In this document: positions 1 through 12,119 of the stretch, in pieces | How the letters are laid out: every line of letters begins with the position of its first letter | How positions within the stretch are numbered: the first letter of the stretch is position 1 | NCBI GenBank assembly: GCA_020184695.1 | Contig: JAANOX010000241.1 | Location: forward strand, 419,450-483,449 | DNA length: 64,000 nt | Direction: 5' to 3' | From: Histomonas meleagridis 2922-C6/04-290x | Taxonomy: Eukaryota; Protista; Parabasalia | Notes under the pieces: model-generated | What the model was told of the DNA's origin: nothing | Database searches by the model: none | Seen by the model: the letters and a program-made list of their open reading frames with translations, nothing else | Position numbers and translations under genes: made by a program

Positions 1-824
1 ATGAAAAGAAGTTACAATTACGCAACTTAAGACAGAATTAACGAAAATGAAATTATTTGTTAATCAATGCTGAACTTATATTACCATTACCGCGAATTAA
101 TGAAGAAGAACTTAAAAACATTGGATCATTTCGACATATCCAAAATGTGATATCGAAATCATCAACATTTAAATGATAACGAAAGTAAGTTCATGAAAAA
201 GATTATTTCGACTATATTAATATTGATCAACAAAAGGAAAACATCCGAAATATTTCATTAATAAATCACTCGAAAGATGCAATTAAACATCCGAAGAAAG
301 AAAACAAATAAAAATTTTATTCTGAATTGGCGTTACTAAAGAATTACTTGTTGAAGCTGAAACATTAATTAAATCGAATACTGAATAATTTGCTCAAATG
401 GAATGAAATATACGGAAATTTTCGAATGAAGAAGAAGTAACAATTATCAGCATAAGTCACATTAATATTAAAGAATTAAATCATCAAGTGGAATTACATG
501 TTAAAGAATAAATTTCTCAACAGATTCAGAATGAGAAGAAAAGATATTAAAAATTCGACTTGAAACAATTCAACAAGAAATTCAAAAATGTGAATACGAA
601 GCAGCCGCGCTGCACCTGAATATCGTTTTATTCTTGAAAGAAAAGGAAAAGGAATAAATAAAATAAATTTAATTTCATTAACAGTTCTTCGCTCTAAACT
701 CATAATTTAAAAAATGTTCAGAGAAGTACTTCTCACTTTAATGATTTCTTGAAAGTTATAATTTCGATGTGTTTCTTTTCTTAATTCCTTTTACAGAAAA
801 ACAATCAGCAGCAAATCATTTAGA

Positions 825-1420
825 GAGTGTTATAATATGACATCAATTACTGTTGAAGAAGGAGTTGAAGAAATTTGTGATTATGTTTAGCAACAATGTA
901 AATCATTCCCAAATATTTCAATTACATCGATTTCTAACACTGCATTTTCATGATGATAATGTATCATTAAATAATTCAAAATATTCTAATTATGATAATG
1001 ATGGAATTCTTTATAACAAAAACATCACAGAACTTCATTAGTAACCAAATGGTGAAGAAACAATATCATTTCCAAACACTGTCACAACTATTCGATCATT
1101 ATCATTTGGAGGATCTTCAATACGAAATATTACAATTGCAAATAAAATTAAAACGATTGAATCAAGAGCATAATATTTATGATCCGATTTGATTACAGAT
1201 AATATTGGAGAAGGCGTTTAAACAATTGGAGAAACAGCATCTGCATCATATACTTCGTTACCAAATATTACAATTCCAGGAACAAATAAAACAATTGGAT
1301 CATAAGCATTTTACACATGCTCTAATTAATATTGAAGAAGGAGTTAAATAAATTTGAATTTGCAATTTCAGGGTGTAAATAATCTCAAAAGCATTTATTA
1401 TTATGGTGAAACATAACCAA
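825..1420 (+). pseudogene. Degenerate BspA-like (TpLRR) leucine-rich-repeat gene
   Basis: Translatable pieces ECYNMTSITVEEGVEEICDYV*, DGILYNKNITEL, ETISFPNTVTTI and SLPNITIPGTNKTIGS*AFYTC resemble the BspA repeats at 30958-32867. Many stops and frameshifts. Confidence 0.75.
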
Positions 1421-2230
1421 ATGATTTAAAATAATAATTATTTCATATAATATAATCATATGTATATAATGAGATGTTTAATTCTTGTCTATTGCAAATC
1501 ATTAATTTAATAACGATAAAAAATGTTTAATAACATCAAAAACACACCATTTTAATCACCAAATTCAGCTCTATCACTTTGCATTCATTATATTATATAA
1601 AAGTGGCTTTATAACCATTTAAATCAACATCTTTTATGGGTGCCTTTAAATATTGAAACAAAATTCAGTGTTAAATTGAAAAACTTCAAGAAAACAACGA
1701 ATTTTTTATTAATTAACCGTGTGATTTTTAACTTTTGTATTGGCCGATGTGTATTTAGTAAAGGTCTGTAAGTATCTTACAAGCTGAACCATGAAAATTC
1801 TTCATTTACTGTTCATTTCGAACGTAGCAAAGCAATATAGAGCCGATACGACGCCAGGAATTCCATTTTTTGCGACCACAAAAATATCAAATATGAAAAA
1901 GAACCTAAGCAAAGAAGGTCTCACTCATACACACAAAGCAAAAGATTCAATCTTTGAAGTTAATATTGAAAATTCTGATATATTTAACAATAATTCTTCT
2001 ATCGTTAAAACTGGTTTATTCTTAAATTTCATGACTGACAGTAAGTTTCCATCAATAGTACTTCATGATTTTAATGATAAAATAAAATAGTGCGATAAAC
2101 TATAGAATATACAATAAAGTATTGAAAACATTCGGTGGTTTTTGATCGAATCGCATTGGAAAAGAGAAACCGTCAAACCGTCATTGAATAAAAAATGCAC
2201 TCGGGCAACTTTTTACTTAAGGTGCTGTGC

Positions 2231-4216
2231 TTATGAAGGTGGGGCTGCGCACTTTGCTAAGTATTCATCGATCTTCTTGAATGAAGCCTCTGCAGCAAGA
2301 CAAGCATTTTTAATGATTTCTGATTTATCCTCCATTGGTTTTATTTGGTTATACGCAGTTAACATTTGTGTTTTCATCATTGTTAATGATGGTATCATGA
2401 ACTGATTTGGCGGCATACTTGTAGTTGAATCAATTGACATTTGATATGCGTTTAAAGTTGGCACTTGCATTTGTTCCATGTTCACTATTTCCACTGTTTT
2501 ACCACCCTCAGGCTCCTTCTTTAACATTTCATTCACTTCATCCACAAGTTCGATGTATTTTTGCATCTTCTTTAACTTATCAACGTCACCTTCGAACCTC
2601 TCTACATCCAATTCGAATGCCCTTAATGATTCTTTCAATGATTTCTTATTAGCTTCTATCGAATATATATCGTTACTCTCAAATGCGTCTTTCATACTGC
2701 CTAATGCCAATATCAAACTACCGCTTTTAGCTGCTAAGAAGTTTTCCATTTGTAAAATTTTTCTTTTACCTTTTGTATCAACAATCAATTTCTCTAATTC
2801 ATTAATCAAATCATTAGCTCCATCATATTTAAGATCCTTTAACTTCTTAATGAATTCTTTAATTTTATTACGTTCTGTTTTATATGAACGATCATTCTTC
2901 TTCTTATAACAATCGTCAAGATCTTTTTGATGTTTTCTTATTTGTTTTTGAAGTTCTTCGAAATTATGTTTAACTTTATCGAGTTCTTTTTCAGCATTAA
3001 TTTCTTGTTTTCTTTTTTCTACAATTTTCTTACAATTTTCAAACCAATCTCTACTTTCTTTTAATGCCTTCACATGATTTGGATTTTGGAAATCATCATC
3101 ACCAAATAAAAGTCTTCCATATAAAACCATTGGAGTATCATCATCACAAAACATTGGTAATGTTTTTTTCATACATTCCATTACGAATTTAAAGTTTTGG
3201 TCAATAATTTTAATTAAAATTTGTACTTTCGGTTTGTAATACTGAGTGAAATCTATAAAAACTGATGGAAGTTCTTTTGCTAATTTCATTGATATTATTG
3301 ATTCTTTACATAAATGAAATATTTCTATTCCTATTTTGTTATAAGGTAAAACTATATGAGTGAAATCAATAGTATTTGAAGGCTCTGGTAATTTTCTCAT
3401 TAATTTATTCCAACTTTCTGATTTATCTTCATCAACTTTTGGTAAGATTTCTCTCCAAAGAAATTCCGTTTTATGTGCATATTGTTTTGCTTCATAAGGA
3501 TTATGAATTGTTAAAAGTTTTTCGGATATTTTTGTAAATATATTTTCAAATCTTTTTTCGAAATCTGGTAATATATTAATCAGATCGATATATGGATCTG
3601 TATCATAATTACTTTTTATTTGTCTGAATTGCTTATATATACTTTTAAGGTTAATATCAATGTTTTCTAACTGCTTAAATAGAATTCCATTGTCTTTTGT
3701 AATGATATCAACGTCTTCTTTCCATCTTTTATAAATATCATAACGTTCCATAAACTCTTGGTTAATTGGCTTTTTAAGATATCGTACATTTTCAATTGCT
3801 CTTTCTTTTCCTACGGGACTATTATAACATCGAGAATACTTTTCATACTTATTCATTAATTCATGTTCGAATCCATCCATAAATTCTCTGAATTCGGGAT
3901 AGCATTTTTCACCTGTGACTAGTTTTTTCCATATATATGTAACTCGTGCAAAGAATTCATTTAAATAGCGGACAAAACCAACATGCTGTTGAAATGAAAC
4001 CATCATTACATGTGGTGAATCTCTTTCTGGTTCAGAATCATTCATGCCGGTGTGAATAATCCCCTTTAAAATGTTGAGTTGATGAGCTTCTGAGGCAGCC
4101 GCTTGATCGTCCTTGATCCTTTGGATAATAGAATCTAAGTCACGATATTCGTTGAACTTGGGGAAGTTCATTATGAGAAGTGAAGTCACTCTTATAATAA
4201 ATTCATTTTGAATCAT
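2231..4216 (-). CDS. Hypothetical 661-aa protein with K/E-rich predicted coiled-coil C-terminal half
   Basis: Long ATG-started open frame in AT-rich DNA; heptad-like KELDKVKHNFEELQKQIRKHQKDLDD segments; no family motif recognised. Confidence 0.75.
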   Translation of the reverse strand: MIQNEFIIRVTSLLIMNFPKFNEYRDLDSIIQRIKDDQAAASEAHQLNILKGIIHTGMNDSEPERDSPHVMMVSFQQHVGFVRYLNEFFARVTYIWKKLVTGEKCYPEFREFMDGFEHELMNKYEKYSRCYNSPVGKERAIENVRYLKKPINQEFMERYDIYKRWKEDVDIITKDNGILFKQLENIDINLKSIYKQFRQIKSNYDTDPYIDLINILPDFEKRFENIFTKISEKLLTIHNPYEAKQYAHKTEFLWREILPKVDEDKSESWNKLMRKLPEPSNTIDFTHIVLPYNKIGIEIFHLCKESIISMKLAKELPSVFIDFTQYYKPKVQILIKIIDQNFKFVMECMKKTLPMFCDDDTPMVLYGRLLFGDDDFQNPNHVKALKESRDWFENCKKIVEKRKQEINAEKELDKVKHNFEELQKQIRKHQKDLDDCYKKKNDRSYKTERNKIKEFIKKLKDLKYDGANDLINELEKLIVDTKGKRKILQMENFLAAKSGSLILALGSMKDAFESNDIYSIEANKKSLKESLRAFELDVERFEGDVDKLKKMQKYIELVDEVNEMLKKEPEGGKTVEIVNMEQMQVPTLNAYQMSIDSTTSMPPNQFMIPSLTMMKTQMLTAYNQIKPMEDKSEIIKNACLAAEASFKKIDEYLAKCAAPPS

Positions 4217-5263
4217 TTTTTTCTGAAAAAAATCACTTTTTCAATGAGGTAATAATTGATTTTGTCAAAAATTGAAAGCAACAATGCTGTTGTTGTTGTT
4301 GAGTTATTTGTAAGTAATTAGTTAACATGTTAACATGTTTAATATTCATTTTTTAAGGTAAATCACAATTTTTCACATTCATTTTTTAATGAAATTCACA
4401 CGGTTATAATGAATCATCGGATCTAGTGGATCTTTAAAAAAATGGGGAATGGAGCTTTCCTAAAAAGAACGAATTAGTACAGTGTCGTTTGCGAAAGTAC
4501 TTATGTTGCATTATCGCGAAGAAAAATACCAAAAATATAAATTTATATATTATAATGTTCAATTCCGAAACTTCATTTATTTTATTACTTAAGAACAACA
4601 TTTTAGTAATTATGGATATCAATTATATTGATTATATATCTGTTTTCATATATAGAAACTATTTTCAGTTAATTTTAATCAAATTAGTGGAAAATAATTA
4701 TTACAATTAAAATTGTATGTGTAGTAATAATTCAGAACAAAAAATATATATGTGAATTTGTAATTGAGAATGTGTTTCATTTTTTTGCTTTTAATGAAAT
4801 ATTTTTTTCATAAAATTTTATCGAATTGCATTATGCATATGTATAAATATCATATTGCCAAATTCACATTAGAAGTAAATATAGAAAAATACTCTATGTA
4901 ATTATCTTGTCAAGAAATTATTTTTTTATTTAATTAGATGTAATTTTTTTATATAAATGAATCAATTTTATCACAACAATTGAATTCTCATTTAAAGAAA
5001 TATATTTATAATGAAAAATAACGAAATGTTTCTCAAGCCATATTTTTGGATATTTTCAACATTACAAACATGTTGTTAAAAATAAATTAGTGTTGCTGTG
5101 GAAATTATTTTTAATTTATAACAATGTTTCTAATATATTTCTAAAATCCATATGTGAATTTATATATTCACTATTTCAACCACAAATCTGAGATTTTCAT
5201 ACATGAATTCATTAAAAAACTCATATATAGATTATCTCGCGAGAATTATTTTTATGTCACTGC

Positions 5264-6160
5264 TCAGATCCACTGTTCTGTTTCCTGCTGGAGGCATGTT
5301 GCTATATTTGCTTCGTGTACTACGTCTTCATCTAATTCACTCTTTGATTGAATATATTTTTTCGTTAGCTGCTCATCTCCTTTTTTCTTTTGACGGAAGA
5401 GAAACACTACTGCGCCAGCAATGATCAAAACTGTAGTAACGCATCTGTAAATGAGGCTAAGTAATATCGATTTCCGATCCTTTTGTGTGAAAAGCACATT
5501 GACCAATGAGTAGTAAGGAAGGATCGTAGAAAACAGTGCTCACGTAAGCAATGATATTTGAAATATCGATGAAAGAGGCCATTTGCTACCGCAATGGGCT
5601 ATAGCCAAAGGTACGAGCGAATGACCATCACCGTTTGCACAAACGAAAAAGAGCAAATGAACAAGCTATAAAGTGCTTGAAAGTGTCGAGTTGAGGGAAT
5701 TCCTTTCTGCAAATGAGTTTGAACTAATGAACGCCCTGGACTTTGTGAATGAGTTCGAGTTAGTGAATACATTGGAGTTGGTGAAAAAGCTTGTTGGATC
5801 TGGGATCCATTTGCTTAATGACTTTAGTGCGTGATAATATTAGTGTATGCGATATGGTGAGTATAAGCGAAACATTAGGTGAGGGCAAATGAGATAAAGT
5901 TATCGATAATTTTCGTGTCTGCATTTGCGAGAGTGTTGTTGAGTGCTTCGTTATTTGTGATAGAGTAAATGAAATTGTATATTTAGAGATGGAGTCAAAG
6001 TGGGAAATACAGATTACGACAGTGTTTGCTATTGGGGTATATGGAACGAGTGTGTTCGAGTCAGTAAGCGAACTTGTCCAAGTTGATGTCTGGGACAGTG
6101 TGTTGGTCTTTGACAGCGTTTACTTTGAAGAAGGGGTTAACGTGCTTGATATGACACGAA
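5264..6160 (-). pseudogene. Remnant C-terminus of a BspA-type surface protein (S/T stalk, TM helix, tail)
   Basis: Minus strand reads KWIPDPTSFFTNSNVFTNSNSFTKS (~5680-5810), then after stops VLIIAGAVVFLFRQKKK and the tail ETEQWI*. This parallels QWPTHPFTNS...FTKSNTF, the TM helix and ETDNWI* of the 30958 gene. Confidence 0.65.
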
Positions 6161-6624
6161 TTTAATATTGATGTTAAATAAAAATAAAATATGTTATTCT
6201 ATTCTTTATCGATATTATTAGTATATTAAAAAAATTAATAAATATTATTAACATCACTTGAAAAGAAGAAATTTTTCTTTTTTGGCGGCCGTTAATTTGA
6301 CTCCTTTCTGAATAAGTGAAAGACTGTGGTCAATACAGATTATTAACGAAGGAAAATGATAGTTTTTAAATTTTTTTTATTGAACAAAAATAGTCGATGT
6401 CGTAAAGTGGGGGAGTAAAACGCAAAAGAACAATTCAAACATTATTTTTTGTTCATTCAAAATATTCTATGAGATTACTCATTCCAGAATTGTATGCCTA
6501 GACACCGTTTGTCGAAATAACGATAGGAAAATTTCAAAGCGTTATTGAATTTACGATAAATTTGAGTGTTATCAATACACTTTTTCAGAAGCATGATCAA
6601 GTGAACTGGCTCTGAACAGCCAAA

Positions 6625-7833
6625 ATGATATCTGCTCCCAAGTGCAAGTTAATGCCGATTGATCTCTCAACAATACTTGCAAGATCAGATACCCAACTCG
6701 TAATTGAGCTCGAACATCCAAAGTATATTCCAGAATTTATCGAGAGATTCCAAAAATATACATACGGACTCCGTCTAAAGACAGACGGAGAAAACTACAT
6801 TGCGAAAACAGATATTTTGGATCCCATCCGTCTCCCAAATATTTCGAAAATTGAAGATGTATGTACTGAAATCTTCAAAAGGCAACCACCATTTTCTAAA
6901 TCTCTTGGAATTCTTGGGTATAACGATAGATTTATTGCATTAAATGTTAATCATACAGTTGGATATGGATATACTTTACTCAAAATCTCAGAATTAATTC
7001 AAGATCCTCAACCAGTTCAACTTCCCATCTTACCTGAATGTCCACAAGTCACATTTAAAGACCTTATTAAAGATTTAGATCCAGAATTTATTGGATCAAA
7101 TCTTCAACAATTAACTTATTTCAAATCAGAAAAAACTTCACCTTCTTCACCAAATGCTATCTCTGGACATAATTTCATCCGCGATGACATTACAAGCTAC
7201 AAGTCATATGATCCACAAAAGAAAAGACTTAGTGGATTCAATGATTATTATTGGGTTGGAGCTATTCTTTCTGGGTGCAGTTTAATGAACAAACTAAGTC
7301 CCTTTGGATGTATGACTGTTATTGATATACGTAATCTGATCAATAATCCAGGAATTCAACATTCAAATCATTATGCATTTATGGACCTTGTCTCACCAAT
7401 CACCAAAAGCATGACAGTTGGCGACGTTCTTAAAAATATTCGAGCCGATTTCGAATATCGTAGGAAGCGTGGTGATTATAAATATATGTTTCTTCCAAAT
7501 CATACAAATCGACCTGATCCGTCAATGATATATAGCATCGTTTCGAACGCAGGAACATTTAGGATACGAAGTCCAATCAAAGACCTTATTATTGAAAATC
7601 TTTGCATGAATGATAAAATTGATATATTTGGTTGGGTTGGACATTCACTGATAAATGAGACAACTGGAAAGACGACTTTCACATTCGGACCACATTACTC
7701 AACAAATTTGATTAATGATCGCGACGCACTTAAGATATCGAAAGGTGTTCAGTATTTCTTAAAAAACATTCCAAAAGAAATGAATATTGTAGACGCATTT
7801 GAAGAAATTAGAGAATATCAGAAGAAAATTTAA
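6625..7833 (+). CDS. Condensation-domain/CoA-dependent acyltransferase-like protein (402 aa)
   Basis: Intact ORF; FIALNVNHTVGYG sits where the HxxxDG motif of this fold is expected; size fits the family. Confidence 0.5.
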   Translation: MISAPKCKLMPIDLSTILARSDTQLVIELEHPKYIPEFIERFQKYTYGLRLKTDGENYIAKTDILDPIRLPNISKIEDVCTEIFKRQPPFSKSLGILGYNDRFIALNVNHTVGYGYTLLKISELIQDPQPVQLPILPECPQVTFKDLIKDLDPEFIGSNLQQLTYFKSEKTSPSSPNAISGHNFIRDDITSYKSYDPQKKRLSGFNDYYWVGAILSGCSLMNKLSPFGCMTVIDIRNLINNPGIQHSNHYAFMDLVSPITKSMTVGDVLKNIRADFEYRRKRGDYKYMFLPNHTNRPDPSMIYSIVSNAGTFRIRSPIKDLIIENLCMNDKIDIFGWVGHSLINETTGKTTFTFGPHYSTNLINDRDALKISKGVQYFLKNIPKEMNIVDAFEEIREYQKKI

Positions 7834-8128
7834 TAAATTATTATAAAGTATACTTTGATTTTTGATTGGCATAAGAACTATGAAATCAAATTCTAATCGA
7901 TAAATCTTAAATTATAAGTGGAACTCAAAGATGCCTTTGTCGAATATTAAATAAGATTTAACTTTGATATTTTGAATTAATGCATTATTTTTTTTGTTGC
8001 ATAATTACCGATGGTAGCTTCTTTTTTATGTATTTTTTATCAATGAAAAAGATCTTTTAGAACAGAATCTTCAACATGTTTGTGTTGAAGCCGTTTAAAA
8101 AAAGTCTATTTCAAATAACATTTCACAA

Positions 8129-9154
8129 ATGTTCAAGCTAAAAAGAGTTCCAAAAAAATTATGGGTATTATATATAATATGTGTTATAATTGTTATTTTA
8201 ATTAATATAAGTATTTCTCCAATAATAGGTGTAAAACAAGTCAATCAATGTAACTGTCCAGAATGTTTAGAATCTCAACCAAAAGTATATCAAAATATCG
8301 AAGATATGACATTTGTTACTGTACCTCGTCCAGTTACCAAAAAAGAACAATTCAGAAAATTAAAATTAGCAGTTTCGTCATGGCTTGCTTCTTCGCCTTC
8401 TTCACATGTGCTCATGCTTATAAGTTCTCAAGAACTAGATCCGACAGGTACGTTTGTTCGTGAGATTGAAAAAACATTTGGAAAAGACAGATTAATATTT
8501 GCTTCTGGACTTCGTACAGATCTTTCAGGTGTTCCATACATCAATGAATGGTTTATGCTTGGAATTGATGTTTGCCCATCGAAATATATTACATTTATAA
8601 ATAGTGATATTCTTATTTCAGCAGGTTGGCTTCCACGTGTCAAGCAAGTATATGGAGCATTAGAAGGCAAAAACCCATTCATTATTGGTCAACGAATTGA
8701 TTTTGATTTAGAAGACAAAAGATATGACAAGTTAAGATTTAATCAACAAAATCTTCTTTCTGACATTGATTCTATGGTTCAAGAATCAAAACACAGTGAC
8801 CACAGTCCATATGGTATCGATTTCTTCACATTTCGAGCAGATTCTCCACCGTTCGATCCACGAATGATTCCGCCATTTATCATGGGAAGATACAATTGGG
8901 ACAACTGGCTGATTGGCTACATTAATAACGTTTGCGATTCTGTTACTTTTAACCTCGATCCACCAATTTACCATATGAATCACATCAGACATAACTTCGA
9001 TCCGAATCAACCAAAAGTTGCAATCAATCATCATCTGAAGATGGCTAACAAAGGATTTTTCGGATCAAATTATGATACAAAATACCAAGTCGTTAATGGT
9101 TTTGTTGAATCACGTCGAAACAAGTCGGAAAAATACAAATTACCAGAAATATAA
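8129..9154 (+). CDS. Type II membrane putative glycosyltransferase (341 aa)
   Basis: N-terminal signal anchor LWVLYIICVIIVILINISISPII, Cys-rich stem, DXD-like TFINSDILI, and GRYNWDNW segment. Confidence 0.55.
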   Translation: MFKLKRVPKKLWVLYIICVIIVILINISISPIIGVKQVNQCNCPECLESQPKVYQNIEDMTFVTVPRPVTKKEQFRKLKLAVSSWLASSPSSHVLMLISSQELDPTGTFVREIEKTFGKDRLIFASGLRTDLSGVPYINEWFMLGIDVCPSKYITFINSDILISAGWLPRVKQVYGALEGKNPFIIGQRIDFDLEDKRYDKLRFNQQNLLSDIDSMVQESKHSDHSPYGIDFFTFRADSPPFDPRMIPPFIMGRYNWDNWLIGYINNVCDSVTFNLDPPIYHMNHIRHNFDPNQPKVAINHHLKMANKGFFGSNYDTKYQVVNGFVESRRNKSEKYKLPEI

Positions 9155-9874
9155 TGTAAATAAATATTTATAAAATTATGTTTTGAATGATTAAGATATC
9201 GCTCAAATGAAATTTAAATCACTCATTCAAGCAAATATCATTTGTTTTTGAACAAAAAACTGTTTTCAAGTTTATTTGCGCAAATATAGATTTTTTTCTC
9301 CAGGCAATATCCAGTAGGTAAAGAGAATTACAAAATTACAAAATTTGATGACCTAATTACCGAATTACCGATGGTCATGTAAATCTTCAAAACTTTTACA
9401 TTAAAATTTCAATATGAACTGTTTTTTACTAAAACGATGCGTTGAAATTTTTGGAGTATCAAAAAAAGAAAAGAAATTTTTATAGTTAAATAGAAAGCAG
9501 AACTATAAAAATTTTGAATATGATGATAAATTTATTTTGGGTAGCCGGATCGTACCAAAATTTTTTTGTATTTCACTAGTTGTCATAAATACACAGGAAA
9601 ATAATTTGTTATTAAATCAAAATATGATCAAACTTACAATAATATTAAGCTGATTTTAAAAATGAGAAATTTCATTCGGCATTTTGGATAACATATCAAA
9701 ACATGTAAACCTAATGATCAAATTTACAACGAATGTAATATAGGTTGAATAATAGTCAGTTTCAAGAATGCTTCTACAAGTGTTCAATCTTGGATCAGAT
9801 CTCCAAAATTTCATTTCCAAGTTATTAACGAAGCCAAACACACTTAGAATTCATAAGTAACAATTAGAAGATTT

Positions 9875-10546
9875 CTACAACATAAAAGTTTTACTTATGT
9901 TTTCACCTTTAGATTTGATATATTTGGATCGATTCATTTCGCTTTCGGGTTCTATTTTTATTCCCAAAAATTCCAAATTATTTGGTTCTCTCTTTGGCTG
10001 ACTGAATAAATTCGGATGGGCTTGAACAAAAAACATTGGAAAATATGGCCCAAAGTAGCAACCATCAAGTTTAGAATTGCACGTGTATACATCTCTACAT
10101 GATGGACAATATGTTTTGACTGTTGATTCGCCTGGGTTTGGAGATAAACCAATTGGAAGTAATGGATGATGGTTGCATGAAATTCGTCTGCATGTTCCAA
10201 ACATTTTTTGCTGATACTTACTAAGCATTGTATCAACACCAGGAAATGTGAGAATGTATCGAGAATGAATTAAGCCGTATAAAAGTTTTGATGATTCATT
10301 ATATTGTGGGTCTCCATTGTCGGATAAAATATTGTTTAACGACTCATTGAAATTTGGAACTATGCTTTTTAGACCATTCAAGTTGAAATTATCTTTAATA
10401 TATAATTGATCAACAATACAAAGCCACTTATTTTTCCCCACAAAATCACTGATCCACTTTGATACACATTTATTTACTACTATATTATCGCTTGGAGGAT
10501 TATCTGATTTAAGATTTGGTGCTGTTTTCTTAAAAAATGTTTGCAT
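9875..10546 (-). CDS. CSNK2B: Casein kinase II regulatory (beta) subunit
   Basis: DNFNLNGL, LLYGLIHSRYILT, FGTCRRISC...LLPIGLS...VKTYCPSC zinc-finger motifs and LDGCYFG. Start placed at ATG 10546; the ORF track extends to 10597. Confidence 0.95.
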   Translation of the reverse strand: MQTFFKKTAPNLKSDNPPSDNIVVNKCVSKWISDFVGKNKWLCIVDQLYIKDNFNLNGLKSIVPNFNESLNNILSDNGDPQYNESSKLLYGLIHSRYILTFPGVDTMLSKYQQKMFGTCRRISCNHHPLLPIGLSPNPGESTVKTYCPSCRDVYTCNSKLDGCYFGPYFPMFFVQAHPNLFSQPKREPNNLEFLGIKIEPESEMNRSKYIKSKGENISKTFML

Positions 10547-11358
10547 AATGGGTAAGAAAATAAAGTATTCAAAAAACAAGAAGAGAATGAAATGCATATT
10601 TCATAGTTGAATCAATTGCTTGTAACATTTCCAAGATTTGCTAAACAACAACATTGAATATATTAACAATTAAGCTGATTAAAGTAAAATTTTGGATTTA
10701 TTTGATCATATTCAATTTTTTAAAAAAAGTTTAAATATGCTGTATTTTATTTAAATATCAAAAAATCATTCTTAAAAAATGATTTAATTTTATAATAGCC
10801 TTGTAAGAAAACGAAAATTTTCGTTGATATTTTGGCATATAATATTTTGACATTTTGATGTTGCAACCTTTTGACAAGCGGTTTTGGAGACTTTTGTTAA
10901 CTGAATTCAATCAAACCACTCCTTAACATTGAATTTCGAAATTTCAACCACTGAAAATTGTGAATTTAATTTGTCGGTTACGTTCAAATTTCTGTGCACA
11001 TGGTGATCACTTTTGGACCTAAATAACGGATTTTTTGAGAAGGACAAGGTGGGGTGATCTGCGTTAAAACATGAAATTTCTTGTTTTTAGAGATTCTTTA
11101 AATATTTTTATAACATATTTAGAATTTAATTTTTTATAGAAAGTACGAAAAGTATTTTTAAAAATTATTGCCCAACAAGAAAAATTTTTTTGTTCATTTA
11201 GCCAAATTGTCAAAAATTTGATTTCTGAGCACAAGATTTTATAAATTTTGTAAACATCTCAATTTGCTGACTGATGGTATTCAAACCCGCACCGTATTTC
11301 AATTATAGAGAGTTGCAAATGAACTTTTTGATAGCATAGAATTCATTGATTGGCCTCT

Positions 11359-11363
11359 TCATT
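11359..11363 (+). promoter_or_regulatory. Candidate Inr core-promoter element (TCATT) of the Myb gene
   Basis: TCATT begins 12 nt upstream of ATG 11371, matching the trichomonad Inr consensus and spacing. The motif is short and occurs often by chance. Confidence 0.4.
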
Positions 11364-11370
11364 GTGATTT

Positions 11371-11865
11371 ATGGGAAGAATTAGGAAGAAATTTTTACCT
11401 GAAGAAGATAAAAAACTAAGAGAGCTTGTAGAAAAATATGGAGTGCATTCATGGGAAACAATATCAGCTGAAATGAAAACAAGAAATGTCCGACAATGTC
11501 GAGAAAGATGGAAACATTACTTATCAATCGATTCAGAAAAAACGCCGTGGACCCCAGAAGAAGACGCAATTTTAATCCAAAAAATAAATGAACTTGGTCA
11601 TAAATGGACAAAAATTTCAAAGTTTTTACCAGGAAGATCAGATATACAAATTAAGACAAGATGGATGAAGAAACTTAAGAACGCAAAGCAACGAATTGAA
11701 ATTCCATTAACAATAGAAAAAAAGGATAATAGTTCTAATAAGGTTACTGACGTCGTAAAACCTATGAATGAATACGAGATAAATTTTGAAGACATATTTG
11801 GAACAGATCATGATCAAGATGACCTATTTTGTGATTTTTTTGATGATCTTAGTGTAAATTTCTAA
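11371..11865 (+). CDS. R2R3 Myb-like DNA-binding protein
   Basis: KFLPEEDKKLRELVEKYG...W...RNVRQCRERWKHYL and PWTPEEDAILIQKINELGHKWTKISKFLPGRSDIQIKTRW; acidic C-terminal tail. Confidence 0.95.
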   Translation: MGRIRKKFLPEEDKKLRELVEKYGVHSWETISAEMKTRNVRQCRERWKHYLSIDSEKTPWTPEEDAILIQKINELGHKWTKISKFLPGRSDIQIKTRWMKKLKNAKQRIEIPLTIEKKDNSSNKVTDVVKPMNEYEINFEDIFGTDHDQDDLFCDFFDDLSVNF

Positions 11866-12119
11866 TTATATGTTCAGTTTTTTTTGGTGAAGCACTTATC
11901 AATTAAATGCGCGGACTAATTAAACTATCTATTTTTTTATAAATAATTTAATTTCATTTATTTGATAAGTAAATCTTTGAAAATTTATTTGATTTTATGT
12001 TTTTTGAAGTTATTTTCTTGAGTAATCATTTTAATATGCGGATAGAGTGTGATGAGTCGTCATTCGTTGAAAAATTTTTCATGACAAAAAATGACCGTTA
12101 AAAAAAATATTATTTGTTT

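Noticed and set aside
1-720. K/E-rich coding-like sequence and ORF 494-703
   Set aside because: Stops in all plus frames and no recognisable motif; the minus ORF looks like a compositional artefact.
1791-2405. Two same-frame ORFs (99 and 87 aa) separated by three stops
   Set aside because: No family motif; the second is largely antisense to the 661-aa gene, so a pseudogene call is unsupported.
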